Assembly: GCA_951406725.2 (NCBI GenBank)
Contig: OX597816.1
Location: 1,364,001-1,428,000 of the forward strand
From: Octopus vulgaris
Lineage: Eukaryota
Reading direction: 5' to 3'
Length of the DNA stretch: 64,000 nt
The stretch's first letter is position 1, and every line of letters begins with the position of its first letter. The notes under the pieces are model-generated. The model saw only the letters and a program-made list of their open reading frames with translations, did no database searches and had not been told where the DNA came from. This document shows positions 38,090-51,691 of the stretch, piece by piece. Position numbers and translations under genes: made by a program.

Positions 38090-40410
38090 AGCACCAGGCT
38101 CCAATGTGATCTGGTAGAGTTTCTACAGCTGGATGCTCTTCCTAATGACAACCACTCCAAGAGTGTAGTGGGTGCTTTTTACGTGCCACCGGCATGAGGG
38201 CCAGTCTAGCGGCACTGGCAACGACCATGCTTGAATGTTGTTTTTCATGTGCCAGTAAGGCGACACTGGCAACGATCATGCTGGAATGGTGCTTTTCACA
38301 TGTCACCGGCACAGGAGCCAATCCATGGCCCTGGCAATGATCACGTTTGGATGTGCTTTTAATGTTTCACTGGCACAAGTGCCAATCAGGTGGTACTGTC
38401 ATCAGCCACGTCAGCGATTTTGGTTTGTTTACACTTGCCTCAATAGGTCTTTGCAAGCAAAGTTCTTTGTCCAATGAATGAGGGGCATTCATAAGTGGCC
38501 TGGTTACACCCCATGTTTGAATGTGCTTTTAATGTCCCACTGGCATGAGTGCCAATCAGGCAGTACTGTCATTGGCCACGTCAACAATTCTGATTTTGAT
38601 TTTGATTTCACTTGCCTCAATAGGTCTTCAGAAGCAAGGTTGATTGTCCAATGAATGAGGGGTATTCATAAATGGGCTGGTTACACCCACTGGCATAGGC
38701 CATGGGCTATGGTCTCACTTGGCTTGTTGGGTTTTCTCAAGCATAGCATATCTCCAAAGGTCCCGGTCACTAGTCATTGTCTCGGTAAGGCCTAATGTTT
38801 GAAGGTCGTGCTTTACCACCTCATCCCAGGTTTTCCTGGGTCTACTTCTTCCACAGGTTCCCTCAATTGCTAGGGTGTGACACTTTTTCATACCACTGTT
38901 CTCATTCATTCGCAACACATGACCATACCAGTGCAGTCGTCTCTCTTGCACACCACAGCTGATGCTTCTTAGATCCAACTTTTCTCTCAAGATAGTAACA
39001 CTCTGTTGAGTATGCACACTGACATTACACATCCAGCAGAGCATACTGGCTTCATTGCCTGCAAGTCCTCAACATTCATGGCCCATGTTTCACTGCCATG
39101 TAGCATGGCTGTTTGCACACATGCGTCATACAGACTACCTTTTACTCTAAGCGAGAGGCCCTTTGTTACCAGCAAAGGTAAGAGCTCTCTGAACTTAGCC
39201 CAGGCTATTCTTATTCCAGCAGCTACACTTTCAGAGCATCCACCCCTGCTATTGACTTGGTCCCCTAGGTAACGGAAACTATCAACTACTTCTCTGCACA
39301 TTTTCTGTATTCATTGCTCCTGAGCATCTGCCACATACAAAAACTATCTTCCCAGTTAGCCTTCCTTTGATATTGCTGCACCTCGTGTATCCATAGCTTA
39401 CACTGGGTATATCTTATGGAGTTTCTACCTACACCTTTTCTACAGATCAAGCAGGACCATCTACCTGAAGGGATTTGGGGTTTGTCAACCTTCCTACTTA
39501 TTAAGACTTTAGTTTTAGCTAGGCTGACTCTAAGGTTCTTCAATTCTAATCTTTGTTTCCACACCTGAAACTTTTCCTCTAGTTCTGATAGTGCAATTAG
39601 AGCAAGGTCATCAGCATAGAGGAGCTCCCAGGGGCATCCTGTCTTGAATTCCTCTGTTATTGCCTGGAGGACTATGATAAATAGGAGGAGACTGAGGCCT
39701 GAACCTTGGTGGACCCCTACCTCTACCTGGAATTCTTCACTGTACTTGTTGCCAACCCTCACCTTACTGACAGCATCCCTGTACATGGCTTGCACAGCTC
39801 TCATTAGCCATTCATCTATCCCTAGTTTCCTCAGTGACCACTAGATAAGGGATCGGAGGACCCTGTCAAAGGCTTTCTCCATGTCAATGAAAGCCAGGTA
39901 CAGAGGTTTATCTTTGGCTAGGTATTTCTACTGCAGCTGTCTTACTAGAAATATAGCATCACTGGTGCTTTTCCCTGTCACGAACCCAAACTGCTGGGCT
40001 ATGACCCTCTCCGTGACCTTCATTACCTGATCCAACAGCTTGATACCTCTGTAATTATTTGTATCTAAAGCGTCACCTTTACCTTTGTAGCATTTGATTA
40101 TGGTGCTGCTACATCAGTCATTGGGTATGACTCCTTCATGTATCACCTGGTTAACTATATGGATGACTAAGCTATAGCTGACACCACCAGATATTTGAGC
40201 ATCTCTGCGGTGATTCCTGATGGGGCGGGGGCTTTCCCTCTCTTCATACCCTTAATTGCTTTATCTACCAAGGTACTGCCAACTCGGATAGCTGGTCCTT
40301 CTGTTGGGTCGACATTCGGCAGACTCTCTTTCTCCCATTCATTCTCTTTATTGAGCAACCTTTCATAGTGGTGTCTCCAAACCTCTCTCTTTGCAGCCTC
40401 ATTTAAGCTT
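38090..40410 (-). mobile_element. RTE-clade LINE, decayed RT plus 3' UTR
   Basis: ORFs 40167, 39286, 38987, 38715: KAPAPSGITAEML, VGVHQGS, LLYADDLAL, CLICRKGVGRNSI, WYGHVLRM, RPRKTWDEVV. Confidence 0.92.
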
Positions 40411-40869
40411 CCAGACCCTTCTCCTCCATGCTGGTTGTCTTCTGGACATCCATTTAGCCCTGATCCTGAAGCCGCCAACTACTAGTCTATATTGTGGGGT
40501 ACATTCTTCGCCTTGGAAGGTTTTTGGCATTTATAAGCAGCCATCTTTCCCTTTTTCTGGTGAGGATGTAGTCAATTTGACTAGTGTGTCTGCCAGAACA
40601 GTAGGTGACTAGGTGACTGGCAAGTTTCCTGAAGTTAGTATTACAAACCATAAACTCATTTGCATCGCAGAACTCCAGCAGCCTGGTTCCTTCCTCATTG
40701 TGGGAACCAAAACCATAGCCTCCATGTATGCCATGGAAGCCCCCTGCATGTTGTCCAACATGTCCATTGAAGTTGGCCCAAAGCTATAATAGAAGACACT
40801 TGCCAAAGGTGCCATGCAGTGGGATTGAACCCAGAACCATGTGGTTGGGAAGTTAGATGAGATATTTAG

Positions 40870-41560
40870 AAAAGGCATTGTGACTGATGTGCTGGCTAAA
40901 ATTGGCACTTGACCAATTCTTCAGCATGAAACATGAAGGCTGTGTTGTTAAAGCTATGGCATGTTCTCTTAGACATAAAGGGACAAAAGCCATTCAGTAG
41001 ACCCAAGTGGCAGAGGCACAGTGTGGCAATAAAACCTCAATCCAGTCTTTATGGGACCATGATGGGCACACAATACTTGATCCCCAACAGATGTGTGCTG
41101 CTTTTCAACAGCAATTTGGTTGACTGTTTGGAAGTAGCAGTGAGCCAAATTGCAGGATGGACTTCATTTCCTACTTTGATCGACTGCTGTGACTCTCTAC
41201 AATGGAGGTGGAACATTGCAAGAAGCCAATAATAGTTGCTGAAATATGAGAAGCAATGTTTAATGGCATGAGGGCTAAATCGCCTGGTTTGGATGGCGTA
41301 CTCTATGAGCTTTATGCTTACATGCAAAATGTTTTTGATTGTCCTTTTGGCAAATGTTTACTGCGACTGGTAAAAAATGGGAGAATTCCCAGTTTTGTGA
41401 GCTGAGAAGTGGTGACATTGCTGAGAAAAATCTGAACAAGGAGGTAGGAAAGGGGTTGTATTGATAAATTTAGGCCCATAATTCTGTGATACATCATAAA
41501 GAAAGTGGCTCATGATCCTAGAAAGGGTGGGGCACTGATCAATTTTGATCAATCTAAAGT
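40870..41560 (+). mobile_element. Tx1/L1-like LINE fragment related to 13370-15720
   Basis: KSPGLDGVLYELY at about 41277 and aaatttaggcccataa (FRPI). Confidence 0.65.
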
Positions 41561-41795
41561 TTTCAATGGTTGAGCCTCTGTACGAGAGTGAGGGGGGTAG
41601 TGTTGAGGAAGTCAGCTTTGTATCAGGTGAGAGGTGAGAGTTTGAATAGGGTGTCTTGCAGTAAAGAAGATATGTGGCTACCTTAATAGGACAGAGAGAG
41701 AGAGAGAGGAAGAGATGTTCTGTAACTTAGCAATTCAATAAATAGGGTTTGATAAAAGTTCTGGGGTTAATGTAATATGTATGTATATATATATT

Positions 41796-41842
<47 letters not shown>

Positions 41843-41875
41843 ATATATAATATATATACTATACATATGTATGTG

Positions 41876-41906
<31 letters not shown>

Positions 41907-42292
41907 TATATATATATATGTGTGTGTGGTGTGTATGTGTCCCATGTTTAGCTGTATAACCTGTATTTTTAGATGTCATGGGTATTGCCAGTTGAGTTTA
42001 TAAATTACAGAACAGTTTTATACAACATGTTTATTCTCGTCAAATATCGAAGTGGACAAAAATAAAATAGAAACATTCAATAAAAAATATGATAAAGAAA
42101 ATCACATTTTTAGTTGTTTCTTTGATAATAGTGATGTAGAACAAGTGAGAAGTGCAGGTTAAATAATCAGTGAAGTGATCGATATCATCCTTAGATCAGA
42201 GTCACCGGTAAACTGATGGATAACATTACATTATTGATATAGATATGAGGTCAATGACCAGCAAACAAGGTCACTGATCGAAAAGAAGACTT

Positions 42293-42712
42293 CAGGTGGC
42301 AGAACAGGCTGAGCATTGGAAACAAATGTCTTATGGTATTTATTCCAGATCTTTATGTTCTGAGTTCAAATCCTACCAAAGCCAGTTTTGCTTTTCCTCC
42401 CTCCAGGGTCAATAAAACAAAGTACCAGTCAATTACTGGGTAGTCAAAATAATGGACTGACACCCTCCCCCTTAAAATTGCTGCTTTTATGCCTAACGAA
42501 GCAACCTGGCAGAAGATTTATGTTGCTGGGTGAAATGCTTTAGTGATGTTTCTTTTGCCTTGTTGTGGTTTGAGTTCCAATCCCAGCAAGGTCAACTTTA
42601 CTTTTCATCTCTCAGGGGTTGATAAAATAAAGTACCAGTTGAGCACTGGGGTTGATGTAATTGACTTGCCCCTCCCCTCAAAATGACTGGCTCTGGCCCC
42701 AAATTAGAAAGA
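42293..42712 (+). mobile_element. Two adjacent degenerate family-1 SINEs
   Basis: Two gagttc(a/c)aatcc B boxes, each followed by ...ataaaa(c/t)aaagtaccagt. Confidence 0.7.
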
Positions 42713-43471
42713 ATAATTATTCCATACTATTTGGGTACACCTGAGGGCAGTGAGCAATGGAATTAACGATTAAACCCTTTCATTATCTCTGTTTCAATTC
42801 TCACAGTAAATAAAAAAAAAATGGCCCTTAGAACATTTGGGTTCCTACAGAAAATTTCAAAAAAGTCAGAGGAAACATTATTTTGCATGAAGGACATTCT
42901 TTCATCATCATCATCATCATCATCAACTTCACCACTGTCGCTGCCACCAGCACCACCACCATCACCACTGCCACCACCATTGGCTATTCAATGGTGGATG
43001 GGACAATTTGATAGGATCCAATGAGTCCAACAACCAGATCATAGGTCAGACCTCAATATCTGGTTTGACACAGTTTCCATGGCTTAATGTCCTTCCCACA
43101 AATGCTTTACCAAATGTGTTTTACTCATGGCACCAGAATGCAAATCTCTCTCTCAGACTAAATATTACAGTTGGTGCCATTTGCACATTATAAATATTAT
43201 ACACAGTTTTTTTCTTTTTTAAAAATCTAAGGCTCTTTCAAGTGTGCCTATTAACCCTAACCCTAGCCTGGCTAGATTCCCTCTGACCAGGAGCCCTTCT
43301 ATTGCCAACCCTCAACTGGTTCCAAGTAAGATCATATCCCTTGATGGTTAGACATGTTTTTCACAGAAGATTGGAAATGAACAACACCACTTGTATGAGG
43401 GTGACACTCGTTGTGTAATGTCAAGGCAAGGAGACACAAACACACACACATACATACATACAGATATATGA

Positions 43472-43740
43472 AGGTGCATGGTCCAGTGGTTCGGGTGTTG
43501 TACTCATGGTCACTAGATTATGGGTTCGATTCTTGGACTGAGCGTTCTTGAAGAAAACACTTCATTTCACATTGTTCCTGTCCACTCAGCTGTAAATGGG
43601 TCACCCTAAAAAGAAACAGGTCTTCTGATTGGGGGGCAATGCTGGCCCCCCTCCACTCGCCAGCAGGGTGGCATCATTTGAAAGCTAGAATAATGTGAAG
43701 CACATCATGACCCCCAACACATCAGTCTGGTCAATGTTAC
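43472..43740 (+). mobile_element. tRNA-derived SINE (family 3-like)
   Basis: TGGTCCAGTGG A box, GGTTCGATTC B box, tail shared with 10456-10742. Confidence 0.7.
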
Positions 43741-44232
43741 ATTCCCATAACTTAATGGTTTCGCAAAAGAGATGATGTGATTATCATCATCATCATCAAC
43801 AGCCGTTAAACGATGATGATGATGTTGATGATGATGATGATCACATTCATTGACCAGATGTGTGTGTGTGTGTGTATGAATACAAATAAGTACATACACA
43901 TAATGTCCTTTTTTTTTCGGTTTCTGCCTACCAAACCCATTGATAAGGCTTTGGTCAGCCTGGGGTTATAGTAGAAGAGACTTACTCAGGCTGTCCTGCA
44001 GTGGGACTGAACCCCCAAATCTTCCCAACTGCACATGACCGTTGATATGTTTGTTAATATGCATGCAACATATCTCCCCCACCTTTTACTGTTAATGGGA
44101 CGAGACATTTCTGAGAAATAATGTTTTACATGAATTAATTCAAAAGTAGATTCCATGAGTCATAGCTAGGGTCTGTAGACGGGTGGACGACGAACGAGGC
44201 ATTGAAATACATTTCTGAGGAAACAAACTTAC

Positions 44233-44355
44233 GCTTTGAGTATATCAAGTAAGAAAATGAGTGTGAAGGCAGGAGACGAAGATGTTGTTTGTGAAATTTT
44301 ATCGTCTTTTTTGGCTTAGGATTTTTGAAAGGAGTGGCTTCGACAAAACTCACAA
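44233..44355 (-). other. Candidate host-gene exon (123 nt, phase 1-1)
   Basis: ttttgcgcag| acceptor, |gtaagt donor, open frame VSFVEATPFKNPKPKKTIKFHKQHLRLLPSHSFSYLIYSK; no recognised homology. Confidence 0.25.
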
Positions 44356-44935
44356 CTGCGCAAAATTAGGAAGTTAATTTCCCTCTGTGTGTATGTGTGT
44401 GTGTATACTCATATGTATATAGATATAGATAGATAGATGTTAACATGTACGTACAGGATTACATACAAATGTATTCATACAATACCATGCTCAGTAATAT
44501 AGACACAAAGCTATCTATAAACATACATACATTGGCTTACATTTACACACACACACACACACAAAGTGGTAAGTATCCAGTGTCCCAGCTTATCACATGG
44601 GGAGGCTGGGGTTTGATTCCCAGCTGAGGAAGGTGCTGCCCCAGCATGGCCGCAGTTCAATGAGTGAAACAAATAAAAGAGAAAAGGTAAAAGAAGACAA
44701 ACTGTTTTGGCACTGTCAATCTCTATATTGCTGGCAGAGGGTAGTTGCTGCTGTTTCTAGCAATCGAGCGTTCATCATTAGCGAGACTAAGGAAGGTCGA
44801 CATAAAAAAGAATGCATTTTTTTTACCAAAAGCCAATATGAGAGTCTCTCTCGTGGTGTCTACTAAAGTATAGTTTGTTCCAACAGAACATCCATGTTGA
44901 AGCAGGCATAAATAATAGACACATATATATATACA

Positions 44936-45100
44936 AGTGCAGGAGTGGCTGTGTGGTCAGTAGCTTGCTTACCAACCACATGGTTCTGGGTTCAGTCCCA
45001 CTGCGTGGAACCTTGGGCGAGTGTCTTCTACTATAGCTTTGGACTGACCAAAGCCTTGTGAGTGGATTTGGTAGATGGAAACTGAAGGAAGCCCTTCAAA

Positions 45101-45135
<35 letters not shown>

Positions 45136-45332
45136 TTGTGTGTTTGTGTTTGTCCCCCCCCCCAACATCGCTTGACAACCGATGTTGGTGTGTTTACATT
45201 TCTGTAACTTAGTGGTTTGGCAAAAGAGTCCAATAGAATAAGTACTAGGCTTACAAAGAATAAGTCCTGGGGTTGATTTGCTTGACCAAAGGCCTCAGCA
45301 TAGCCACAGTCAAATGACTGAAACAAGTAAAA

Positions 45333-45334
<2 letters not shown>
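44936..45334 (+). mobile_element. Full-length tRNA/CORE-like SINE (family 2)
   Basis: A/B-box head, ccttgggcgagtgtcttctactatagc, internal (TG)n, tail gactgaaacaagtaaaaga. Confidence 0.88.
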
Positions 45335-45389
<55 letters not shown>

Positions 45390-45391
<2 letters not shown>

Positions 45392-47305
45392 TCCCCTCTC
45401 GACCTAAGGTGACATGGTGGTGGAACAGTGTAGTTGACAGAGTCATTAGGGAAAAGAAACAGGCCTGGAAGTGTGGTGGTAGTGGGGAACTGTATCAGAC
45501 TGCCAAAAGGGAAGCTAAGAAACAGGTTTACTTAGGCAGAGGGGAAGCAGAAAAGAAGATATTTGCTGATACTTTGTGTTAGAAAATCGCCAAGTCATAG
45601 GAGAGAAATGTGTCTGCATGGATGATGGCTCACTTGCATTTTATGAGGCTGCAAAGAAAGAGACTTGGAGATGCCACGATGAAAGATTGCCAAATGAAGA
45701 GAATGAATGGGAGAAAGAGAGCCTACCTAATGTTGGCCCAACGGAAGGACCAATTATCCAAATTGACAGTACCTTGGTAGATAAAACAATTAGGGATATG
45801 AAGACAGGGAAAGCCTGTGGTTCATCAGGAATCACTGCAGAGATGCTTAATATACCTGGCAGTGTCGGCTATAGCCTACTCACCCACATAGTTAACCAGG
45901 TGATACACGAAGGAGTCATACTCAACAACTAGTGTAGCAGGACCATAGTCAACTGCTACAAAGGTAAAGGTGATGCCTTAGAAATAATTACAGAGGTATC
46001 AAATTGTTGGATCAGGTGAAGAAAGTCACAGAGAAGGTCATAGCCCAAACTAATTAGGGAGAGAGTTAGTTTAGATGAGATGCAGTTTCGGTTTGTGCCA
46101 GGGAAAAGCACCACTGATGCTATATTTCTGGCAAGACAGCTGCAGGAGAAATTCGTAGCCAAAGATAAGCCTCTGTACCTGGCTTTTGTTGACATGGAGA
46201 AAGTCTTTGACAGATCTTTTATCTAGTGGTCAGTGCAGAATCTAGTGATAGATGAGTGGTTGGTGAGACATGTACAGGGATGCTGTCAGTAAGGTGAGGG
46301 TTGGCAACGAGTATAGCGAAGAATTCAGGGTACAAGTAGGGATTCACCAAGGATCAGTCCTCAGCCCCCTCTTATTCATCATAAACCTCCAGGCGATAAC
46401 AGAGGAATCCAAGATAGGCTACCCCTGGAAGTTCCTCTATGCTGATGGCATTGTTTTAATAACTGAATCACTGTATGATGCGTGTGTGAACAGCCATACT
46501 ACATGGCAGTGAAACATGAGCTGTGGCTGCTGAGAACCTGTGTAGGCTTGTAAGAAATGAAGCTAGTATTATCTGCTGGATGAGTAATGTCAGTGTGCAT
46601 TCATGATAGTGTGTAAGTGTCTTGAGAGAAAAGTTGGACATAAGAAGCATCAGATGTGGTGTGCAAGAGAGATGACTGTGCTGGTATGGTCATGTGTTAC
46701 ATATTGATTAGGACAGCTGTGTGAAGAAGTGTCACACTCTAATGGTAGAGGGAACCTGTGGGAGAGGTCGACCCAGGAAGACATGGGATGAGGTGGTGAA
46801 GCATGACCTTTGACTGTTAGGCCTCACAAAGGAAATGACAAGTGACAGAGACATTTGGCAATATGCTGTGCTTGAGAAGACCTGTCAAGCCAAGTGAGAT
46901 CCTAGTTGTGGCCAATGCCAGTGTTGTGTGACTGGCCTGTTAAAAACACCCTTCAAATGTTAGGTGTCATGCTTTGCTTGTAAAGATCTTTTGAGCCCAG
47001 AGAAATCATAGTCATGGATGATGCCAGTGCTGTCTGACTGGCACCATGCTGGTGGTATGTAAAAGGCACTGTTCGTGGAGGCAGTGACAGGTGACCAAGA
47101 TCTTTGGCGATACACTGTGCTTGTGTTGACCTGTTAAGCCAAGTGAGACCGTAGTCATGGCTGATGCTGGTGTCAGGTCAATGGCACCTGTGTCGGTGGC
47201 ACGCAAATTAGATCAGAACTTGGTGGAGCCTTCTGGCCTTCCAGTTCTCAGTCAAACCGTCCAACCCATGCTAGCATAGAAAGCAGACGTTAAATGATAA
47301 TGATG
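45390..47305 (+). mobile_element. RTE-clade LINE, decayed, with internal deletion
   Basis: KTGKACGSSGITAEML, QFRFVPGKSTTDAIF, AFVDMEK, GIHQGSVLSPLLF, LYADG; jumps from ITESL directly to YDACV. Confidence 0.9.
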
Positions 47306-47755
47306 ACACACACACACACACACATACAATCTTCATTCCCTTTCCCCATGTTGGCATAAGTTAGGTGGTTCAACACAATCTGATCAGTTGGCAAACAACA
47401 TTGAGCTCCAATATCTTTTTGAGCAGAGTTTCTACCCATCTGGACATCCTTCCCAAGACCAACCATTTTCCAGTGTGGATTGGATGCTTTTTTCCATGAC
47501 ACCAGCACTATTGATGATTGCCTCATAACTTTTAAGACTGTGGGTCAAAAGTGAGCAAAAGAGAGAGAGAGGGGGAGGGAGAGGGGAGAGAGGGAGATGA
47601 TCATGGGATGATGGATGAAGGATAGCATAAGTGACTTGCAGGCCATTTGGGTCTGACAAGTTGCCTCTAGGCTAAGTGCTTTACAGGTGTGAAACCAATA
47701 CTTACTTCCTGACCAGCCATTACAATCAACTTCCTTATATATATATATATATATA

Positions 47756-48135
47756 CACTTGCGTCAGAAATTAATTAGCACTTCTCAAATTTCTACATTA
47801 AATAGGTTAAATCAATTAACCTATGAGCTGTTCAAAACGTCTTACGCGATGAGAAAACTTAGTATGGTGTGATTTCGGTCCTTGCGAGGCGCTACCTATA
47901 TCTATTAAACAAAGGAAGATTTGTCTGCATCCGCACTCCAAGTTGTTGTTGCACTGCTATGTCAACATCATAAGGCTGTAGACTCTCAAACTGCTCTGCA
48001 AACAAAGTTACGTCATCGTTCTGCGCAACAGTGAACTCGCAACAAAGCAATAGTTCGAGATATGGCCACTAGGTGACAGCACATACCTTGAGTGAAGAGC
48101 AAATCAAGGGTGCTAATTAATTTCTGAAGGTAGTG
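47756..48135. mobile_element. Tc1/mariner-type MITE
   Basis: TIRs CACTTGCGTCAGAAATTAATTAGCAC / GTGCTAATTAATTTCTGAAGGTAGTG; TA on both sides. Confidence 0.8.
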
Positions 48136-48653
48136 TATATATATATATATATATATATATAGGTTTCTTTCAGTTTCCGTCTACCAAATACACTCATAAG
48201 GTTTTGGTCGATCCGAGGCTATAGTAGAAGACCCTTGCCCAAGGTGTCACGCAGTGGGACTGAACCTGGAACCACGCGATTTTGCGCCTCGGATGCAAAT
48301 ACCAGACTTAATCCGTTCCCCCGCAAAATCCTAAATACAGGTGTGTCAATTTGCTTGACTTAGCGCGGTGCTCTAACATGGCCGCAGTGCTATAATTGAA
48401 ACACGTAGAAGAAAAAAAAGTTTTCAAAAAATTCCTCATTAAATTTTGTCAAATGGACGATTCACTCGCATTTACCCTTAATACCAAGATGGCTTCCTTT
48501 ACGTCTGAAGTCTGAACTCAATGCTTTCCTTGTATTTATGTAATCTATCGTCCCCCCCCCCGCTCCCTCTTTCTCCTGCTCTGATCAAAAATAATTTTAT
48601 CATCGTAAATAACGATTATTGTATAATACCTAAAGAGATAAAAGACATCTCAC

Positions 48654-48799
48654 TTGCAGAATAGCCAGGAAGTCATCTAATTACGCTGTGTTTCTTTTCA
48701 TGATCCAAATATCCTTTTTCTTTTCTTTTGGAATCTTTTTTTTTATTTCTATAATTCTTTTTATTTTTTACTTCACTGAACAAAATGAAAGTAATATGA

Positions 48800-48849
<50 letters not shown>

Positions 48850-48992
48850 CAACAGGGTGTGAAAAATATAAAATGAAATACTACAAAAAACAAAAAATCC
48901 AACGAACAAAATAAAGGCTTGCCTCAGTTAGGAGAAGAGAGGCTGGAAGTGAGGAAGGAGAGAACTGGGAGAGAAAACACGGGAATGGTGGT

Positions 48993-49029
<37 letters not shown>

Positions 49030-49400
49030 CAAGAACCAGAAGAAGAAGAAGAGAGCTGTCGGGGGTGGAAGTAGACGATGTTGAGGGAGGAGGAGGGGGG
49101 AGGTAGACTGACTGACTGATTTTGGTGAGGATGGAAGAGGTTGATGACGACGATGGCGGGGGTGGTGGATCGTGGGTTGATGATGAGTCATAGGCAGGAG
49201 GGAGGAGAGGAGAGGAGAGGAGGGAGGGGCGAGAACAGGAGGGAGGGAGGGGCGAGACCCGAATACAACAATCGCTGGAGAAGTGAGAAAGAAAAAAAGA
49301 CAACAAGAAAGAGTGATAAGGAGAGAGCGGCGTGTGTACAGCCAGGCTCACGTACACACACATTGATTAGAGAACTCTCAAGTGACCTTGCTAGGTAAAT
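48654..49400 (-). other. Candidate first exon / 5' UTR of a host gene
   Basis: Pyrimidine-rich, CpG-containing non-TE stretch ending ATG ACT TCC TGG CTA TTC TGC AA|gtgaga; the upstream boundary is uncertain. Confidence 0.25.
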
Positions 49401-50122
49401 CGTGTTCATGTACAAGCAAACATGTTTGTACACAGTGGGAGAGAGGGAGAGAGAGAGAGAAGAAAGTAAAGAAGACAAGGGAGGAGAGAGAAGCGAAAGA
49501 GAAGGTCGCTGTTTTGGGTCTTTGACAGTGGTAGAAATTAATGTTCGGCTGCTCCACATTTTATTTGTTCTGTTCCCTGCAGGGGGGGACATTACACTAA
49601 ATCGTCATCATCATCATCAACAACAGCATTATCATCTTTTTAACGTCTACTTTTCCATGCTTGCATGAGTTAGAATTCATTAAGGCAACTTCTCAACGGT
49701 CGGATGCCCTTCCTGTTGCCAACCTTTACCCGTTTCCTTACAAGGCAAAAATTTCCCCATGGCCAGACATGTTTTCACAGAAGATTGCAAATGAAGGACA
49801 CTGCTTGTATAACAATGACACTCATTTACAATTGTCAAGTGATGTCAAGACAGATGCAAAAACACACATACATGTATGTACAATGGGGTTCATTCAGTTT
49901 CCGTCTTCTAAATCCACTTACAAGGCTTTCGTTGGCCCAAGAAAACAGTTCCCTAAAGTGTCTGTCACATAGTGGAACTGAACCAGAAACCGTGTGATTG
50001 GGACACAAACTTCTGAACCACACTGCCATGCCTGCTCCTTGTCTGAATAGATGCAATTAAAACACACACCTTTTACACTGCCCATAGAGAGGGGTGATGG
50101 ATGAGTGAGTTAATACTTGGTA

Positions 50123-50575
50123 TAGGTGAGATGGCATAAGCGTTAGCATGCCGGGCGAAATGTGTAGCCATATTTCGTCTGCCGTTACGTTCTGAGTTCA
50201 AATTTCGCCAGGGTCGACTTTGCCTTTCATCCATTTGGGGTTGATAAATTAAGTACCAGTTATGCACTGGGGTCGATATAATCGACTTAATCCGTCTGTC
50301 TGTCCTTGTTTGTCCCCTCTGTGTTTAGCCCCTTGTGGGTAGTAAAGAAATAGGTTTAGGTAAGGCGGTGAGATGGCAGAAGCGTTAGCACGCCAGGCAT
50401 AATGCTTAGCTTATTTCATCTGTCTTTATGTTCTGAGTTCAAATTCTGCTGAGGTAGACACTGCCTTTCATCTTTTTGGGGTCGATAAATTAAGTGCCAG
50501 TTGCATACTGGGGTCAATCTAATCAGCTGACCCCTCCCCCCAAAATTTCGAGTCTTGTGCCTAGAGTAGAAAAGA
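50123..50575 (+). mobile_element. Head-to-tail pair of family-1 SINEs
   Basis: Two ggtgagatggca...gttctgagttcaaatt...ggggt(t/c)gataaattaagt units; flanked by aatacttggtataggtga on both sides (about 50112 and 50575). Confidence 0.85.
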
Positions 50576-50626
50576 ATACTTGGTATAGGTGACATAAACC
50601 ATCCATTCGCAAGCAACTTGGGCCAT

Positions 50627-50659
<33 letters not shown>

Positions 50660-51488
50660 TTGTAAATGAGTGTCACTGCCATATAAGCAGTGTTGTTCAT
50701 TTCCAATGTCTGGCTGGGGGGAAATATTACCTTCGTTGGAAACAGGTGAGGGCTGGTGACATGAACGGCACTCAGTCGTAGAAAATCTGCCATCCAACCT
50801 ATACAGGTGTGGAAAAGTGGACAGAAAAAGAAATGATGATGATGATGATGATTGCCTTGTCACTCCCTCTCCCTGAGAAATGTGAAAAATCAATGACTGG
50901 TCCTTGGGACACCTGTAATCAAGAAAGTGATTCTTCACAAAATTGACTTAAAATAAATAAAAGACTCTAAATTACATAAAATTTCTGAAAATAAAAGTTT
51001 TTTTTGTGTGTTTTTAAAAATATTTTAATTTTTTGATGAAAACATTACATTGAGATATCTTTGACCTTTTACTTGTTTCAGTCAGAGAGTGGCCATGCTG
51101 GGGCACCACCCTGAAAATACTGAATTTATAAGGAATAAATATATTAGAAAGGAGAAACAAGGAAATATAAGCACAAAAAAGTTTAATAAAAGAATTATTT
51201 GGCATGTGAATACATTTAAGCATCACCACCATCAACATCATCATCATCATTGGTGTTGTCATCATCATCACCACCACCACCATTGTCGTCATCATCAGTT
51301 AATGTTCCCTGCAGGGATAGGTTTGATGGTTTGACAGGATCTGAGGGCCCCAGGGATTGCATTGTGCTGCAATTGTCTGCTTTTGCATGGTTTCAATGGC
51401 TGGGTGCCCTTCCTAACCACTTTACCAGGTGCTGTTGTTTGTGTCACCAGCTCCAGTGAGGTTGCTCTACAATTTGCAAGGGGACAAA

Positions 51489-51691
51489 CAGTGGTTCTCA
51501 ACCATTTGGATATCCAGGTTGGATCCAAAACCAGGATCGTTTTTAGGGGCCACACACCAAAAACAATGAAAAACACAAATTAATTACAGAAAAATTTATT
51601 ATATTTATAGAGGGAAGACCATTGGGGCAGAGTGCTGGAAGGGTGCTTGAGGGCAGCATGCGGCCCTGGGAACCATGGTTGAGAACTGCTG
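51489..51691. mobile_element. hAT (Charlie-like) MITE
   Basis: TIRs CAGTGGTTCTCAACCAT / ATGGTTGAGAACTGCTG. Confidence 0.7.
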
